From Octopus vulgaris (lineage: Eukaryota), in assembly GCA_951406725.2 (NCBI GenBank), contig OX597817.1:90334001-90398000 (forward strand): a stretch of 64,000 nt of DNA, written 5' to 3'. The notes beneath the pieces are model-generated. The model did no database searches. It was not told the origin of the DNA and was given only the letters and a program-made list of their open reading frames with translations. The translations under genes and the position numbers were made by a program. Numbering within the stretch: position 1 is the stretch's first letter; every line of letters begins with the position of its first letter. Positions 25,626-39,331 of the stretch are shown here, piece by piece.

Positions 25626-25829
25626 AAATCATTTGTACAGGTTGTGTTTGGCAAGAAATTGCAGAACTGTCTTCCTTGGACAATAAGAGACTACCATCCA
25701 AGCAATATTCCTCTTCTCTGAGTCAAAAGAATAGTTACAGAATAGTGAAAGAATCAGCAAGATGGAAGGGGCAAACAAAATATCTTGTTGCGTTCTTAGT
25801 CTTTTATTACATTCCCATTCACAGCTATG

Positions 25830-26300
25830 TTTATTTTATAGGAATATTAAATCTAATCAAACATCTCACTGTGCTTTAATTTCATGGACCATGGAAGGAT
25901 GAAAGGTAAAATTAGTCTTAGTCTTCTTTTATAACTCCATTCACATCTAAGATATTTCTTCAGAATGTCAAATCTATCCACTATATGACAGGTATTTCTT
26001 GTATTGACCCCAGAAGTATGAAAGATAAATTAAGTCTTAGTCTTCTAAGAATGTTAAAACTAGGACGCTTTATAGGAATTATTAAATCTACTCCAGTAAT
26101 TGACTGGTAGTGAATATTGTATTTTATTGATTCTATAAGTGTGAAAGACAAATTATCTTAGTCTTCTATTATGTTTCCATTCATATCCGGATCATTTATG
26201 GAAACCTTAAATCTACCCCAGTAGTTCATGGGTACTTTATTTTAAGGACCATTGAAAGCTGAAAGGTAAGTTTGAATACAGAATGTAAAGGGACATAACT
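25830..26300. repeat. tandem array of ~120-bp SINE-derived units (4 copies)
   Basis: gacc...gaag.atgaaag.taaatt..gtcttagtcttct at ~25887, 26006, 26129 and 26247. Confidence 0.7.
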
Positions 26301-27429
26301 AAATACTGCAAGCCAATGGATTAATTTTGCCAACATTCCAGTGGCCAATGAATATCATTTGATGATTGTAGACAATTTTGCTAGGATTGTTATCCTTGAA
26401 ACGTTGATATTATAGACTTTATTTAATATTATTAGGACAGAATTGTTGCTGTTGTTTAACCCAAGATCAACCCTGATGAAGCTGAGCTATGATCAGAGGC
26501 ATTCCAACCATGACTCTCCTATTGCTTTAGGCTGGTGTAAGACAGTATTACTTAAAGTGTTCTGTCCTTATATAAGAAGACAAGGGTGATTTGAGAAAGA
26601 TTTGGCTGCTATTTTTAGTAGGCCTAGTTACAACATATAGACTCCCTTGTTGGCTTGTTCTGGTATGTTGTAGATGCTGGGTGTCATGTAAACTGGTCTT
26701 TGCTACAGCAAAATGTACTTCTCACATATCCTGATGGTCATTCATTTTGTGGGTTGGTTCTGTATGCAGCTTATTACAATGCCAAGTTTACTGATATGTG
26801 TTCTTTATATCTTATTGCAGAAAAAGTGAAGGCTCATGTTATAATAATCCCCATTAAATCTAATATATTGCCTGTACATCAGTGTGGTTGTTATTGGATC
26901 AAACATGGTACCTGCATATTGTCTGTATGCCAATGTATATTACTATTGAACAAATGTGGTATCTGTGATTGCTCTTAATAAGGCTGTACGTCATCTGGTT
27001 TTCCATACTACATCTTCTATAGGTGTTGCAAATGCTGTAGAAGTGTTGCTGTCTTCTCATATCTTGTCTTCTGTGTTCAAGTTGGTTGTGTCATATTTAA
27101 AGGTGACAATAACAATCATAATGTTTGTTGTTATTACAATTATTATTTTTGTATTCTTTATTCACCACTAAGGATTCATAAAAAAAGTTGCGTCCAATAC
27201 TAGACAAAAAGATGCAGAAGTACATAAAGAAGCATCTATTGTATATATATCCTGTGTATGTATAATATTCAAGGTGCATGACCTATTGGTTGAAGTGTTG
27301 CACTCATAATAGCGAGATCATGATTTCAATTCCTGGACCAGATGGTGCATTGCGTTCTTGACTAAAACACACATCTCCCATTGTTCTGTAATCACTTTGA
27401 TTGTAGAAAGTAGAAAATTGGTGATAATA

Positions 27430-28262
27430 TAAATTCTAATGATGAGTAAATTACCCAAGTGCAAAAACTTCCTAGGGTTGCTCATGGAAACTCCACAAAA
27501 TCACAGTCGCCCTGACCACTAAGGCAAGTGCCCACTCCACATTGTTTCCCTTCAATTTACAGGTAAATGCATAGAGAAGGCCCATTCATTCAGACCATTT
27601 TTTCCATATTCACCCACCTTCCAGCAAAATTGTCGAGGTAGCACTTCCTTTTCCTTTTCGCTTTCCTTTTCAAGAGAAACTTGAAAAAGTTGATGAGGGC
27701 TTGACTAAAGAGGAAAGTATCTGTCTTCAGCCCTTTCAACCTAGTCTATTACACAACCTCTTTTGCTAAGGCTATCAGACAAATAAACACTGTCTGCCCT
27801 TCCTAACCAAAGAAGGAGGCAGGACAATCTTCATAATGGAGTCAGCTGATAGCTGGATCCATCCTACACGAGAAAGATGTTTAACATAAACCCACAAGTC
27901 AGCAATGCTTGGGCACTAGATGAGAGCATGCAGAACAGTTTTGTCATGCTGTGTGCATCTTGGTCAAGCCTGGCTGACAGCACTTTCATGCCTGTAGAAT
28001 TTATCCTGAATAAGTAACTCTCCCCAGTAGCACTACCAGGCAAAGAATTTTTGGAAATTATCCATGGGCCCTGGCCTGAAAGTCCTCTGAAACAGATCAT
28101 CCAGCTGATTCTTGTTGATATCTAGACTCTCTCCAAAAACATCATTGCATTTGCCTGCCACTAATCCCCTATAGAATGCCAAAGTGGAACTTTGACAGAC
28201 CAAATGACAGAGGGCTGTGAATGCCTGATGACACTCTAGGTGCCAGATACCCTGCATCTATC
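27430..28262 (-). mobile_element. L1/Tx1 LINE 3' fragment (ORF2 C-terminal Cys knuckle + 3' UTR)
   Basis: Reverse complement: FYRGLV...FQRTFRPGPMDNFQK...KTVLHALI.CPSIADLW...FICLIALAKEVV...ALINFFKF...RWVNM. Confidence 0.75.
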
Positions 28263-28499
28263 TATGCTTGAGCCACTATTATTATTGTTGTTATTATTAT
28301 ACTTCTGGCTGGAAGGCTAGAATATTGATGGAAGCTTGGCTGGTATTTTTGTTATCAAAACTACTGTCTTTGTTGATATTATTGTTTAAAAGGGAGCATA
28401 AGACAATACACTCTGTACCCAGAAAAAAAAGAACTAAATAATATTTGAGCCTTGTGCCCAAATATTAGTATATGCGAAATGCTTACATGTTTGCAAGCC

Positions 28500-31400
28500 A
28501 AAAATGGCGTGTGGGGGGTGTAACTTTCTAACACAAAATGAACCAGTTTGTGACAGCAGGAAATGTCACAGAAATGTAATTTTCGCAGACACAAGTAACA
28601 ATTTCGAGTACAAAATTGATAAAGAATCCAAAAGCACCACAGACTATATGGACAGCAATGAAATTAATTGCAAAGAACAGGGAAAAGCAACATAATAGAG
28701 AACACACATTTACTCGATAGCTGAACAGACAACAAAAGTGTTACTGCCAACTTCACAAACAGAAACAATGTGGAAAATACCATGATAACTGATATCAACA
28801 CATAAATAACAACTCCAACAACACAGAGCAGAGAAGCATAACAAAAAACAATTAACAGAATGAATAATGACAACAAAAACATAGATGAGAACACAACCAA
28901 TATCAACATCAACACCAGCAACAGAGAGGCGGGTGTATTTGGAAGTAATAATAGCAGTAGCAACATGAATGATTCTACTGCCACCATCAACAGTGAGAAC
29001 AGAACTAGTACTTCTGCAGCAGCAGCTGCAAAATACCAACAAAAGTACTATGAGATAGACAAAATCTCCAACAAAAAAGAGATGTTAGCCCTGGCCCACA
29101 AACTCATAAAAAGAGAAAAAATCTGGGTGAACCTTACTATCCAGCTGAAGTGGAGGTAGAAATCGAGAAGAGGACAGTAAAGTATAGGTGCGTCTCAGTG
29201 CAGTCGCAGAGAGAAGAACAACCCTCCCACTTTCATGTGGAGATGGCAATGAAATCAATCAGAGAGCATGTTGAATTCATTCAAAGGGCCCAAAGTTTTG
29301 ATACCATCTTGGTCCTTTTTAAAATAGAAGAACTGGCCATAAAACATTCGGTGGACCTTGTAAAACTGACCAGCTTATAATGTACCCATCCTACATGGAC
29401 AGAAGAACAACAAAAAATTTGAGTCCCACCAGGTATCAACATATGGTGGCTTATGGGATGCATAATCATGGAAGGCAATGACACCCTCCTCCTAAAAGTC
29501 CAACAGATGCAAAGAGAAGACTGGGTTGGGATGGATTTGGAAATGCTAATCCAAATAAAATCACAAGACTTATAGAACATTCCAGACCATGTCTGCCTCA
29601 AAGATGGGATGAAATTACTGTTGATCACCAAGGGCAGAAGGCCTCATTGCTTTACTTGTAGTGAAGCAACACACCTACAAGCAATCTACCCTCAGCAAAA
29701 AATTACAGGGGTCCATAGACCTCTGCTGACACCAACACCAAGGCTGGGAAAACAAAAATCAGTACCAACTGTAGAAAGATCACCATGAACAACAGGGAAA
29801 GCAACAAAAATAGCAGCAGTGGCAGTGGTAGGTGTAACAACAGCACCAGCAGGAAAACTGTTGGAGAGGTCAACCACGAAAACCAACACCTTGCAACCAA
29901 ACTCAACAACCCCACCTCTCACAAACAAACACGCAGAAAAGCATAAATACAAGCATGAATTCACTTCCACAGAGAGAAGAGGAGGTTGCAACAGACATTG
30001 GTTCTACCACATTGATGATGAGGGGAAACAGAGTAAATCCAAACAACCGAAAAGAAGTCACAGAGGTGAGACATCTTGTCCTGCACCAAAACAAGATAAC
30101 AAAGAAACTACATACACACCCACAACAAATGCAGACACTTAGACAACTCCTGCAGCACCACAATCAGCAACTAAAGCACCACAAGCACTAAAAACCCAAC
30201 TGCAGACAGAAAAAATCTCTAAAGGAAACTCAAACCACAAATGCAACAAGAACAGCAAAAAACAATGACGCAGGCAGCTAACTTTGTGTTAGTAAGGAGG
30301 GCCAACAAAAAACTGAAGTTCCTCTTATCCCGAAGGGAAAACACTGAAAAAGGTGGGAGGAAATCTTCTTTGACAAGCACGTGCAACATGCCAAAGGACT
30401 TGATGATGGTGAGGATAGATTTGGACACTTTCCAAACAATTAGGGATGACTTTCCAGACAATGTAGGGATACCTCAAGTAAATGTCAATGCAAGGCTTCT
30501 GCAAGGGTTCCGAAAGGAGTCCAACAAAGTAATGGAGGTGGGACCACCTGATCTCCAACAGCCCCAAGTGGGTAAGTAGCACTCTTCATCTTTCTTTTCT
30601 TCCTTTTAGGCAGATATGGTGGTGCTAAGTTGGTTGCATAAATGTATGTGGCCTGGGGTCATCCTAGAAGCAAGGCTGCTTGCTCAATGAACTCAGGTGG
30701 CTGAATTTGGATGTAATAGCCATCAGTGAGACCAGGATCATGCTCACACAGACCTTAGCACCCATTTTTGATGATTTTGAGATCTTTGCATCTCTTAGTT
30801 GATCAGGAATGGGGTGTGGAGTGGTGGTGTTGTTCAGAAAAGGCCTGGATCTCGAGATATAGTTGGTTTTCCTGGACCCGGAAGGTAAGTCAGTGGTGCT
30901 GGACATGAATGATAATGAAGGCAGTGCTTTTAGACTGGTCACTGTGTATGATCCAACTGGATTGAGGCAGTTAAATTTCTTCAGACATTTTGAGGTCTTT
31001 CTAGGGACATCTTACTCTTTATTGTTAGTGGGTGACTGGAATACCATTTTGGATGCACATGTGGATTGGGTGGGGATAGTGGATAGAAAAAGGGGATGTG
31101 CACGCCTTGCAAACTTGCTCAGTCATTTCCAACTAGCTCACAGGTTCAGACTGGATTACCCAAATGTCCCTGTGTGGACATGGGCAAAGAGCATCAGATC
31201 ATCCAGATCTCACCTAGATAGGATATTTTTAGGCCAGCAGAAAGGGATAGCATAGGTTGTCCACAATTTGAACCTGTCAGCTATACAGACTACAAATTTG
31301 TAATCTGTATGGTTGACCAAGACAGGCTTCATAAGCAGGATCCTGGATAGTGGAAGCTGAACACATCTTTCTCAGAACATCAAGTTCAGAGACTGATTTA

Positions 31401-32950
31401 GCAAGTTAGTCCATCAAAAGTTGAAATGTGCAGTCATCAACAACCAATGGTGAGTAGCTCTAAAACGGAAGATTAGTGTGGAAGCTGTAAAATTTAGCAG
31501 AGAACTAGCGATAGAGAAGACTAGATTAGAGGAAGATCTAGTTAGAAAATTGGAAGAGGTACTCAGCAGAGGCATAGCAACTGATGTGCTGGCAGCAAGA
31601 TTGGTTCTGAACCAATTCTTCAACACCAAGCATGAAGGTTGCATTGTCAGAGCTAGGGCATGTGCTCTAAAACAAGAGGGAATGAAAGCCATTTGATGGG
31701 CCTGGGTGGCCATGGCACAACATGATAATAAAACTAAAATTTGGTCTTTGAGGGGCGAGGGCGGTTGCATGCTACACGAGTCCAGGCAAATTTGTGCGGA
31801 ATTTCAGTAGCACTTTGCTGAACTGTATGGGGTATATAGGGGCCTGAAAGTACACTTCCTACCTCGATGGTCTGCCATGGCTTTTGGCCAGGGATGTAGA
31901 GTTCTGCGAAATGCTGATAACAGCCAAAGATATAAGCAATCCATTGGCTAGTTGCTCAAGGGAGAAGTCTTCAGAATTGGATGGCATACTCTTTGAGCTT
32001 TATATTCATATGCAAGATTTGTTCTGTGAGCTTTTGCAGGATGTCTACCACAATTGGCAGCAGAATGGGAGAATCCCCTGATCTGTGAACCGAGGTATGG
32101 TGGTGCAACTGAGAAAGGATCAGAACCAGGGGGACATTGTTGATAACTTTAAGCTTGTAACTCTGCTAAATGACGATTACAAAATTTTGGTCAAGGTGTT
32201 GGCACTTGTCTTTGACAGACTGGTGGGTGATGCGCACACTTGCACTATCCCCAACAGATTTATCCATGACAACCCCCCACCTCATGTGATACATCATAGA
32301 GAAGGTCGGTAAAGAACTGGCATGTGTGGGGTCCTGATCAATTTGGATCAATCGAAAGCTTTTGATAGGATTGACCATCAATACTTGAAGGCTTTTCTTT
32401 AAGGTGGCTGATTTCAGTCTAATTTTCAGAGGCTGGATCGCTGCAGTGAACAGCAACATTTGTTCAGTGGTCAAAGTAAATGGTCACCTGTCAGAATCGT
32501 TTAGCATTGCACGTTCAGTCCATCAAAGATGCCCACTCTCACCCCTTCTCTACGTACTGGCACTCAAGTCATTACTGCGGAAGCTGGATGTTTTGAGGGG
32601 AATCCTGCGGGAACTAGGATATGGAAGGTTTGCGTCAGCATATGCAGACGACATCATCATGATAGTGCCGGACGTCTTGGAAATTGAGATGGTTGGCACT
32701 ACCCTCAGGGAATGTGGTGAGAGGAGCAATGATTAACCAGGAGACATCAATGGGCCTGCAGCTCAGCACTTGGAGAGGCTGGTCCTTGCTGACTGACAGT
32801 ATTGTAGGGTGGATAAGAACTGGGGTGAAGTGACAGACAGGGTGGCTAGTCTCACCTAGAATGAGCTGAGAGGAAGGTGTCCCTGAAAGGTCGGGTGGAG
32901 GTGGTGAATGCGTACATCACATCTGTCATATACTATCACCTGACTATTAC
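28500..32950 (+). mobile_element. L1/Tx1-clade LINE: ORF1 + APE + RT, decayed, lacking 3' end
   Basis: ORF1 remnant with GRRPHCFTCSEATH knuckle (~29632-29675). ORF2 from ~30616: INVCGL, AISETR, VGDWNTILD, SRSHLDRI, WKLN-like, LLNDDYKIL, DQSKAFDRIDH, SVHQRCPLSPLLY, AYADD. Confidence 0.9.
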
Positions 32951-32958
32951 CTCCCGTA

Positions 32959-33219
32959 GGTAAAGAAACAATAATAAGAGTGCAACTGTTATCAAATGAA
33001 CAATATTTCAACACTTCATGTGTCTTCCACAAGTTCAAAATAATCATTCGATAACAGTCACACTCTTCTTATTGCTTCTTTACCTTCTGGAGGAATAACA
33101 TCAATCCTTAAATATTACCAAAATGAAGTAGATTGAGATGATTATTTTGAACTTGTGGTAGAGACACGAAGTGCCGAAATATTGTTCATTCGATAACAGT
33201 CGCACCATTCTTATTGTTT
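32959..33219. repeat. nested inverted-repeat (foldback) element
   Basis: 32966-33047 pairs with 33138-33219; 32959-32998 also pairs with 33045-33084. Confidence 0.8.
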
Positions 33220-33797
33220 AATTGTTATTATTATTATTATTATTGTGATTAGGGTGGTGCACTCACAATCCTAGATCATGATTTGATTCTTGGATGGGGC
33301 GGTGTGTTGTGCTTGAACAAAACACTTCATTTCACACAGCTCTACATTCATTTTGATACATGACATGTGACACATTAGTGTCCCTGTACAGTCAATGTCA
33401 AATTAATGGATAGAGTGAGCTAACACACAACACATACATTTCATTGCTATAAAAAGATCATTCAGCAAAAACTGTACACTCATGCCTTTGATGGGAGATT
33501 CTATCCAATCATTGTCATTATCATTGTTATTCATGCACTTGTTTAGTATCTGGGCATTGGTGACAGCTGCTATCATCTGTGGGATGGACCCAGCTATCAG
33601 CTGAGTCTGTAGTGATGATTGCCCCACCACCCTCCTCTAATCAGGCAGGCAAAGCAGCTTTCCTTTCCCTGATGGCTGTAGCAAAAGAGGTTGTTTGGTA
33701 CTGGAATTGATATAATCATCTTACACCCATCCAAGAAATTGCAGGCCTTGTACAAAAATTTGAAACCATTATTTTAATTATTATTATTATCCTCCTC

Positions 33798-33872
<75 letters not shown>

Positions 33873-34994
33873 TAATGATGTGCTACTACTGTTGGATACA
33901 AATAAAAATGGTACTGATAATTGTTATTATGATGATGATGACAGTGGTATTAGTAATGATGGGAAAGGTGATGAGGATGATAATGATGGTGAAGAAAGAG
34001 AGAGTGAAGATGAGAATGATGATAAAGTTAATAATAATGATGATAATGGTAACAGTAGTGGTGACAATGATGATTGTAATTTTTGTTTGCTTCGATTAAT
34101 AATTAAACTTAGTAATTGGGTATATTGAAAGGACCAAGATATATTTAAATGATAGGAATTGTTATATCTTATACACTTTTCCAATTCTCAATGAATTATT
34201 ATTATTGTTGTTGTTGCTGTTGTTGTTGTTGCTGTTGTTGTTGTTGCTGTTTCTATTTTATCTTTTCTTAATCAATCAAGAAGTTCCAACTTTTTATTAA
34301 TTGGTGATAACAGATCATTTTTATTTACTTAATTACAGTGGTTGTTTTTTCCTTTTTAAGAATACTGAATTAATGAGAAAGAAATTGCTTTTCTCTTAAA
34401 GTATGGCATGGTTGTGCAATTTCAGGAAGATGTGGATATTTAAAGGTATGGTTTACTTAGAATTGGATGGTAAGTGGCTGCTCTTGGTAGTAAATAGCAC
34501 TGAGGGCAATGAAGAACTTTCAGGCAGGTGGTTATTTATTCCCAGAGAGTATTTGGATGGCTAGATTTCATCATACATCTAGAGACACATCTAGGAACAC
34601 CTTGTTCATTAGTTTTTGTAGATTGCCATTTAGATGTTTACAGAGATAATGTTGGAGATGAGTAAAAGAAAATGAGACAATGAACTAGGTACTGTAATAA
34701 GCTGCATACACAACAAACCAACAAGGCTACTAAACACAAAATGGATGACCATCAGGCTAGATGAAGAACACATTTTGTATAGTAAATACTGGGTTTCACA
34801 GCATTCACCATACATGGGCAATCTACCCTTTAAATACCCAACATCTACAACATACCAAACCGAGCCAACAAAAAAATATATATCTGTAGTTTGACCAATA
34901 AGATATAGAAGCCAAACCTCTATCAGTTCACATGTAGCATCTTATATAAGAACAGAACACATTACTGACCAAATGTAGTACCTGTGATAAAAGC

Positions 34995-35255
34995 TCATTC
35001 ATTAGTCTTTGTAGAGTACCATTTTGGATGCACACAAAGATTATATGGAAGTAGCTGACAGGGGAAATGTACAAGGGCCTCACAAACCCGCTCAGGTAGT
35101 TCCAATGCTCTGAGAGGTATTGCCTCGATTTTCCTAGGGTACCAGAATGGGCTTACACAAACAGCAGAAAGTCATCCAGGTCATACTTAAATAGTTTTCA
35201 TCAGATTAGCCAAGTGGCTTAGCCTAAGTTTTCCATAGTTTCAATTGGTTGACTA
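34995..35255 (+). mobile_element. second L1/Tx1 APE fragment
   Basis: Aligns by eye with 31010-31290 (taccattttggatgcaca...tcatccag.tc..ac.ta.atag). Confidence 0.6.
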
Positions 35256-35590
35256 CACAAGTGCAGGTATGACTGTGTGGTAAGAAGTTTCCTTCCCATC
35301 CACTTGATTTCATGCTCAGTTCCACTGTGTAGGACCTTAGGCAAGTGTTTTTTTATTATAGCTTTGGGCTGATTAAAGCCTTGTGAGTAGATTTGGTAGA
35401 GAGAAACTGAAAGAAACCCATCATATGTGTGTTTGTGTATGCATAAAAAGTACCCAGTTCACTCTAGAGTGGTTGGCATTAGGAAGGGCATCCAGCTATA
35501 GAAACCATGCCAGAATAGACAATGGGGCCTGGTGCAGCCCCTGACTTTATCAGTTTGAATCAAACCCAACCCAAGCTAACATGGAAAAGA

Positions 35591-35665
35591 AAGTATTATC
35601 AAGTAGGCCCAGACCAAACACAGATGTTTCCTCATTCAGAGATAATGCCACAAACCCAGGCTACC
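35591..35665. repeat. 75-bp dispersed duplicate, copy 1
   Basis: 71/75 identical to 37784-37858. Confidence 0.9.
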
Positions 35666-35967
35666 TTGTATAAGGTAGACATAGTATTGGGAGAACCTAA
35701 TGGGGCAACATAAACAAATATCTGCCTGTCTGCCTATCTATCTAACTATCTATCTATGTACATATACATATATATTTCCCTTAGAGATAGCGATATTAAC
35801 AATCTGGTGTTAGCACTCAATATACATATGCTTCAGCAAAAAGCATGGTCAAGTACAGAGTGTAATAAGAGTTTATATAAATAACAAGACATTATGTAAT
35901 GAACTTCATTAGGTTACAGTTCTTTCTGTTATAAAAGGCAATGCGCGTGCACACACACACACATATA

Positions 35968-36696
35968 TCAGGTTGAGTAGAAAGTAAGCAACATTTTGAA
36001 CCATAAAGAATTTGTATCTGATTTTTGCAGTTTTTAAATTTTTTTAAACATTTCTTTGCAATTGTCTGATAACAGACATAGACTTGGCCAAATGCATCAA
36101 TAAATTAACATTTGTTGTTACAAAGAGCGATATTTGAGCAGTTTTACTATTCAACTTCAAAAAAAGACATAAAGCTGCTGAAACTGCTTATGATATCAAT
36201 GGAACATTTGGTGAGGAAATGACCAGTGAGTGGTCAGCTCGAAAATGGTTTAAATGATTTTGCAGTGGAGACCTGAGCCTTGAAGATTGTGAGCATAGTG
36301 GACACCCATCTGTCATTGATGGTGGTTAATAAAGGACCGTCATTGAGAAAGATTTACATAAAACCACTCAAGAACTGGAAAAAGAACTTCAAGTTAGCCA
36401 GAAAACTGCCTGCAATCATTTGCATGTGATAGGAGAATCCAAAAATCTCATCAAATGGGTACCACACAATTTGAATGAAAATCAGAAAATGCATAGATGT
36501 TGAAAGTGCATTCAAAGTTCATCAGCTTCAGAATTCCAGATTTTTATGGTACCAGAATAAACAAACTTGTAAATCATTGGCAAAAATGTCTTGATTGCAA
36601 TGGTACTTATTTTGCTGAATAAAATTTCTGCAGTGTTGAAATATATTGCGATGAATTTCATGTTTCAAAACGTTGCTTACTTTTTACTCTGCCTGA
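35968..36696 (+). mobile_element. mariner element, internal deletion derivative
   Basis: TIRs tcaggttgagtagaaagtaagcaacattttgaa / ttcaaaacgttgcttactttttactctgcctga. KAAETA..IN..FG, RKWFK.F.SGDLSLED..HSGHP and KWVPHNL fused directly to the C-terminus INKLVNHWQKCLDCNGTYF; catalytic domain absent. Confidence 0.9.
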
Positions 36697-37188
36697 TGTA
36701 TATATATACACACACATATTTATACAAACACATATACATATAATAGACAGAAATACCTATGCATACATGTACACATACTTGCACTTCCTCACACAGTTGC
36801 CCATATAAGTATGTAAATACAAAACTACATACACATATGTCATCGCATATTGCCTTGAGCATTTCCAACCAACATTTCCTATTAGTCTTGAGTTTTGACC
36901 TAAAAAGATGAGACTGTGATCTGTGAAATCAGTGATGCCTGGGGATAGGAAAAACACTGATGGTGGTGAGAGCATCATCATCAGCAGCAGCAACAAAATA
37001 GTATTTATTAAAATTTGTTCTAGCCCTTATAAGATCAATGTGTGTGTGCGTATATGTGTGTATGTGTGTGTGTGCATGCATGTGCATATGAGTGTGTGTG
37101 TGTGTGCATATGAGTGTGTGTGTGCACGTATTCTAAAGCTAACATTTCACCAATTACAACTGCTAGTTTCATGTTTCCACTATTTTAC

Positions 37189-37238
37189 CTGAGGATGAGA
37201 AACATAAAACCCAGTCATAGTAATTTGTGAGGTTTCAA
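37189..37238 (-). CDS. weak candidate exon (50 nt)
   Basis: ttgtctttatttcaaag acceptor, CAG|gtaaaa donor, single open frame ETSQITMTGFYVSHPQ. Confidence 0.25.
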
Positions 37239-37420
37239 CTTTGAAATAAAGACAAACTTTCTTTCTTGCAATGAAAGTCTTTTTATTTATTTTGCAAACA
37301 CAAATATTGATCTAATTACACACAGATATGCTTATATAGATATACATACACACACAGGTGAACATATGAGTTCAAGCAGAGATAAAATAAGACTGAGAGG
37401 CCTCTGTACTCCTATCTCAC

Positions 37421-37525
37421 AGAAGATTTGACAAACTTTCTTGTGCTTATGACATGACAAAATGCTTGCAGTACACTCTGTAGAATGGTCAGTGTTAGGA
37501 TGGGCATGCAGACTTAAATACCATT
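37421..37525 (-). CDS. weak candidate exon (105 nt)
   Basis: cattttattttag acceptor, gtgaga donor, WYLSLHAHPNTDHSTECTASILSCHKHKKVCQIF. Confidence 0.25.
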
Positions 37526-37783
37526 CTAAAATAAAATGTTTGCCCAACAGTCTATGAGAGAGTGGCTCAGATTATGATGATCCATCCAACATATATTAGC
37601 ATCAAAAGTAACCATAAAATGATAATGATGATGATTATGCCAGCTCAATTCGAATTGTTCTCAGTTGAAAGACACCTGTTGTTATTTCTTGTTTGTATTC
37701 GTAATTCTGTACCATGTTCTCCGTTTTTGTTTGTTTTTTTGTCTTTGTTGCCGTAAACATTTGCTATACACCTATTATAAAGG

Positions 37784-37858
37784 AAGTATTAGCAAGTAGG
37801 CCCAGACCAAACACCGATGTCTCCTCATTCAGAGATAATGCCACATACCCAGGCTACC
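37784..37858. repeat. 75-bp dispersed duplicate, copy 2
   Basis: See 35591-35665. Confidence 0.9.
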
Positions 37859-38609
37859 AGACAGATGGAAGAGCATTGTAGAAAATGAAAGAGAGTATAT
37901 TTTAAATTAAAAAAGAACTTTGCTTATCTTCATTTTGAAAAATAAAAGAAGTATAAAAAACTGTATTATTTATGGGATGACCCAATCCACATAGACGTGT
38001 GTGTGTATGTGTGTAACAAAATCTTAGCACCAAACAATATCTAGGCATAAACAAAAGTTTCGAGTTTTTGACTCTTGTCAATGGGATGTACCTAAGAGAG
38101 GCAAGTCTGAACAAACTTATAAAGCAATAGCTTTATGTAAAATTCTGTCAACAATGTTGACTTATTTGTACTGGTAGATTACCCCTAATCAAGGAAAATA
38201 ATGAAATGTTAGTGCCAAGCAGTGTTTAAGCATAAGCAAAATTTAGATTAGTTAAAATACATTTGTGACATATTCAACTGTTAAAAGGCAAATTCACTGC
38301 AGCTACCATGGAGAAAATATCTCTCATATGGTAAAAAGGTGCGAGTATAATGAGTTTTTTTCACTTCCAATCTAGGAGATCCACATACAAGGCCTTGGTC
38401 AGCCCAGGATTATTGTAATAGACAGTAGATAAGATAAAATTCAATACACGTTTGAAAATGTATACTTATAAAAACATAGCAGAGATACTGTCATCCACTG
38501 GCCTTATGCTAAGTAACAGGACAGATCTTACTCATCTCCAATTAGGCAAAGGTGCCCTGAAAATGAATGGGCTCATTTAAACACAGATCCCATTATTACC
38601 TTTTCTTCT

Positions 38610-38960
38610 TGCAAACCATTGCTGTACTTAGCCAGCCCCATTGCCAGACTTACTCAACTATTGCTTTATCTACCCAATTCTTACCCTCTTAACTCGACCA
38701 TTGTCCTACCTACACAGCTAGTGTCCTGTCTACCCAGTTCAACCACATTGGTCTATCAACCCAACCACAGTCTTATCTGTCGGACACCACTGCCTGGTCT
38801 ACCAAATGACTTATTGATACAACCATTACCTTTTGCATTCAACTATGGCCATATCTACCCACCCAACCATTGCCCTCTTTACTTAACATTGCCCTATCCA
38901 TCCAACTATTGCACTACCTAACCCAACTATTCAACTACTGAAGCCTCAAATTTATCTATT
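38610..38960. repeat. degenerate minisatellite (ccattgcc.tacctacccaactcaa-like)
   Basis: Recurring ccattg/ctaccc/caact motifs. Confidence 0.6.
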
Positions 38961-38989
38961 TGACCATTTGCCTATTTATCTATCATATT

Positions 38990-39331
38990 TTACATGTTTC
39001 AGTCATTTGACTGTGGTCATGCTGGGGCACTACCTTGAATCGAACAGATAAACCTAGTTTTTTTCTCAAGCCTAGTACTTATTCTATCAGTCTCTTTTGC
39101 CAAACTGCTCAATTACAAAGATGTAAACACACCAACACTAGTTGTCAAGCAGTGGTGGTAGACAAACAATGGGCTTCTTTCAGTTTCTGCCAACTAAATA
39201 CACTCACAAGGCTTCGATCAGCCTGAGGCTTTAGTAGAAGTTACTTGCCCAAGGTGGTACACAGTGGGACTGAACCCAGAACCATGTGGTTGGGAAGCAA
39301 GCTTCTTACCACACAACCATGCCCATGCCTA
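38990..39331 (-). mobile_element. family-B SINE, older copy
   Basis: Aligns with 24538-24932 minus the internal microsatellite. Confidence 0.8.
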
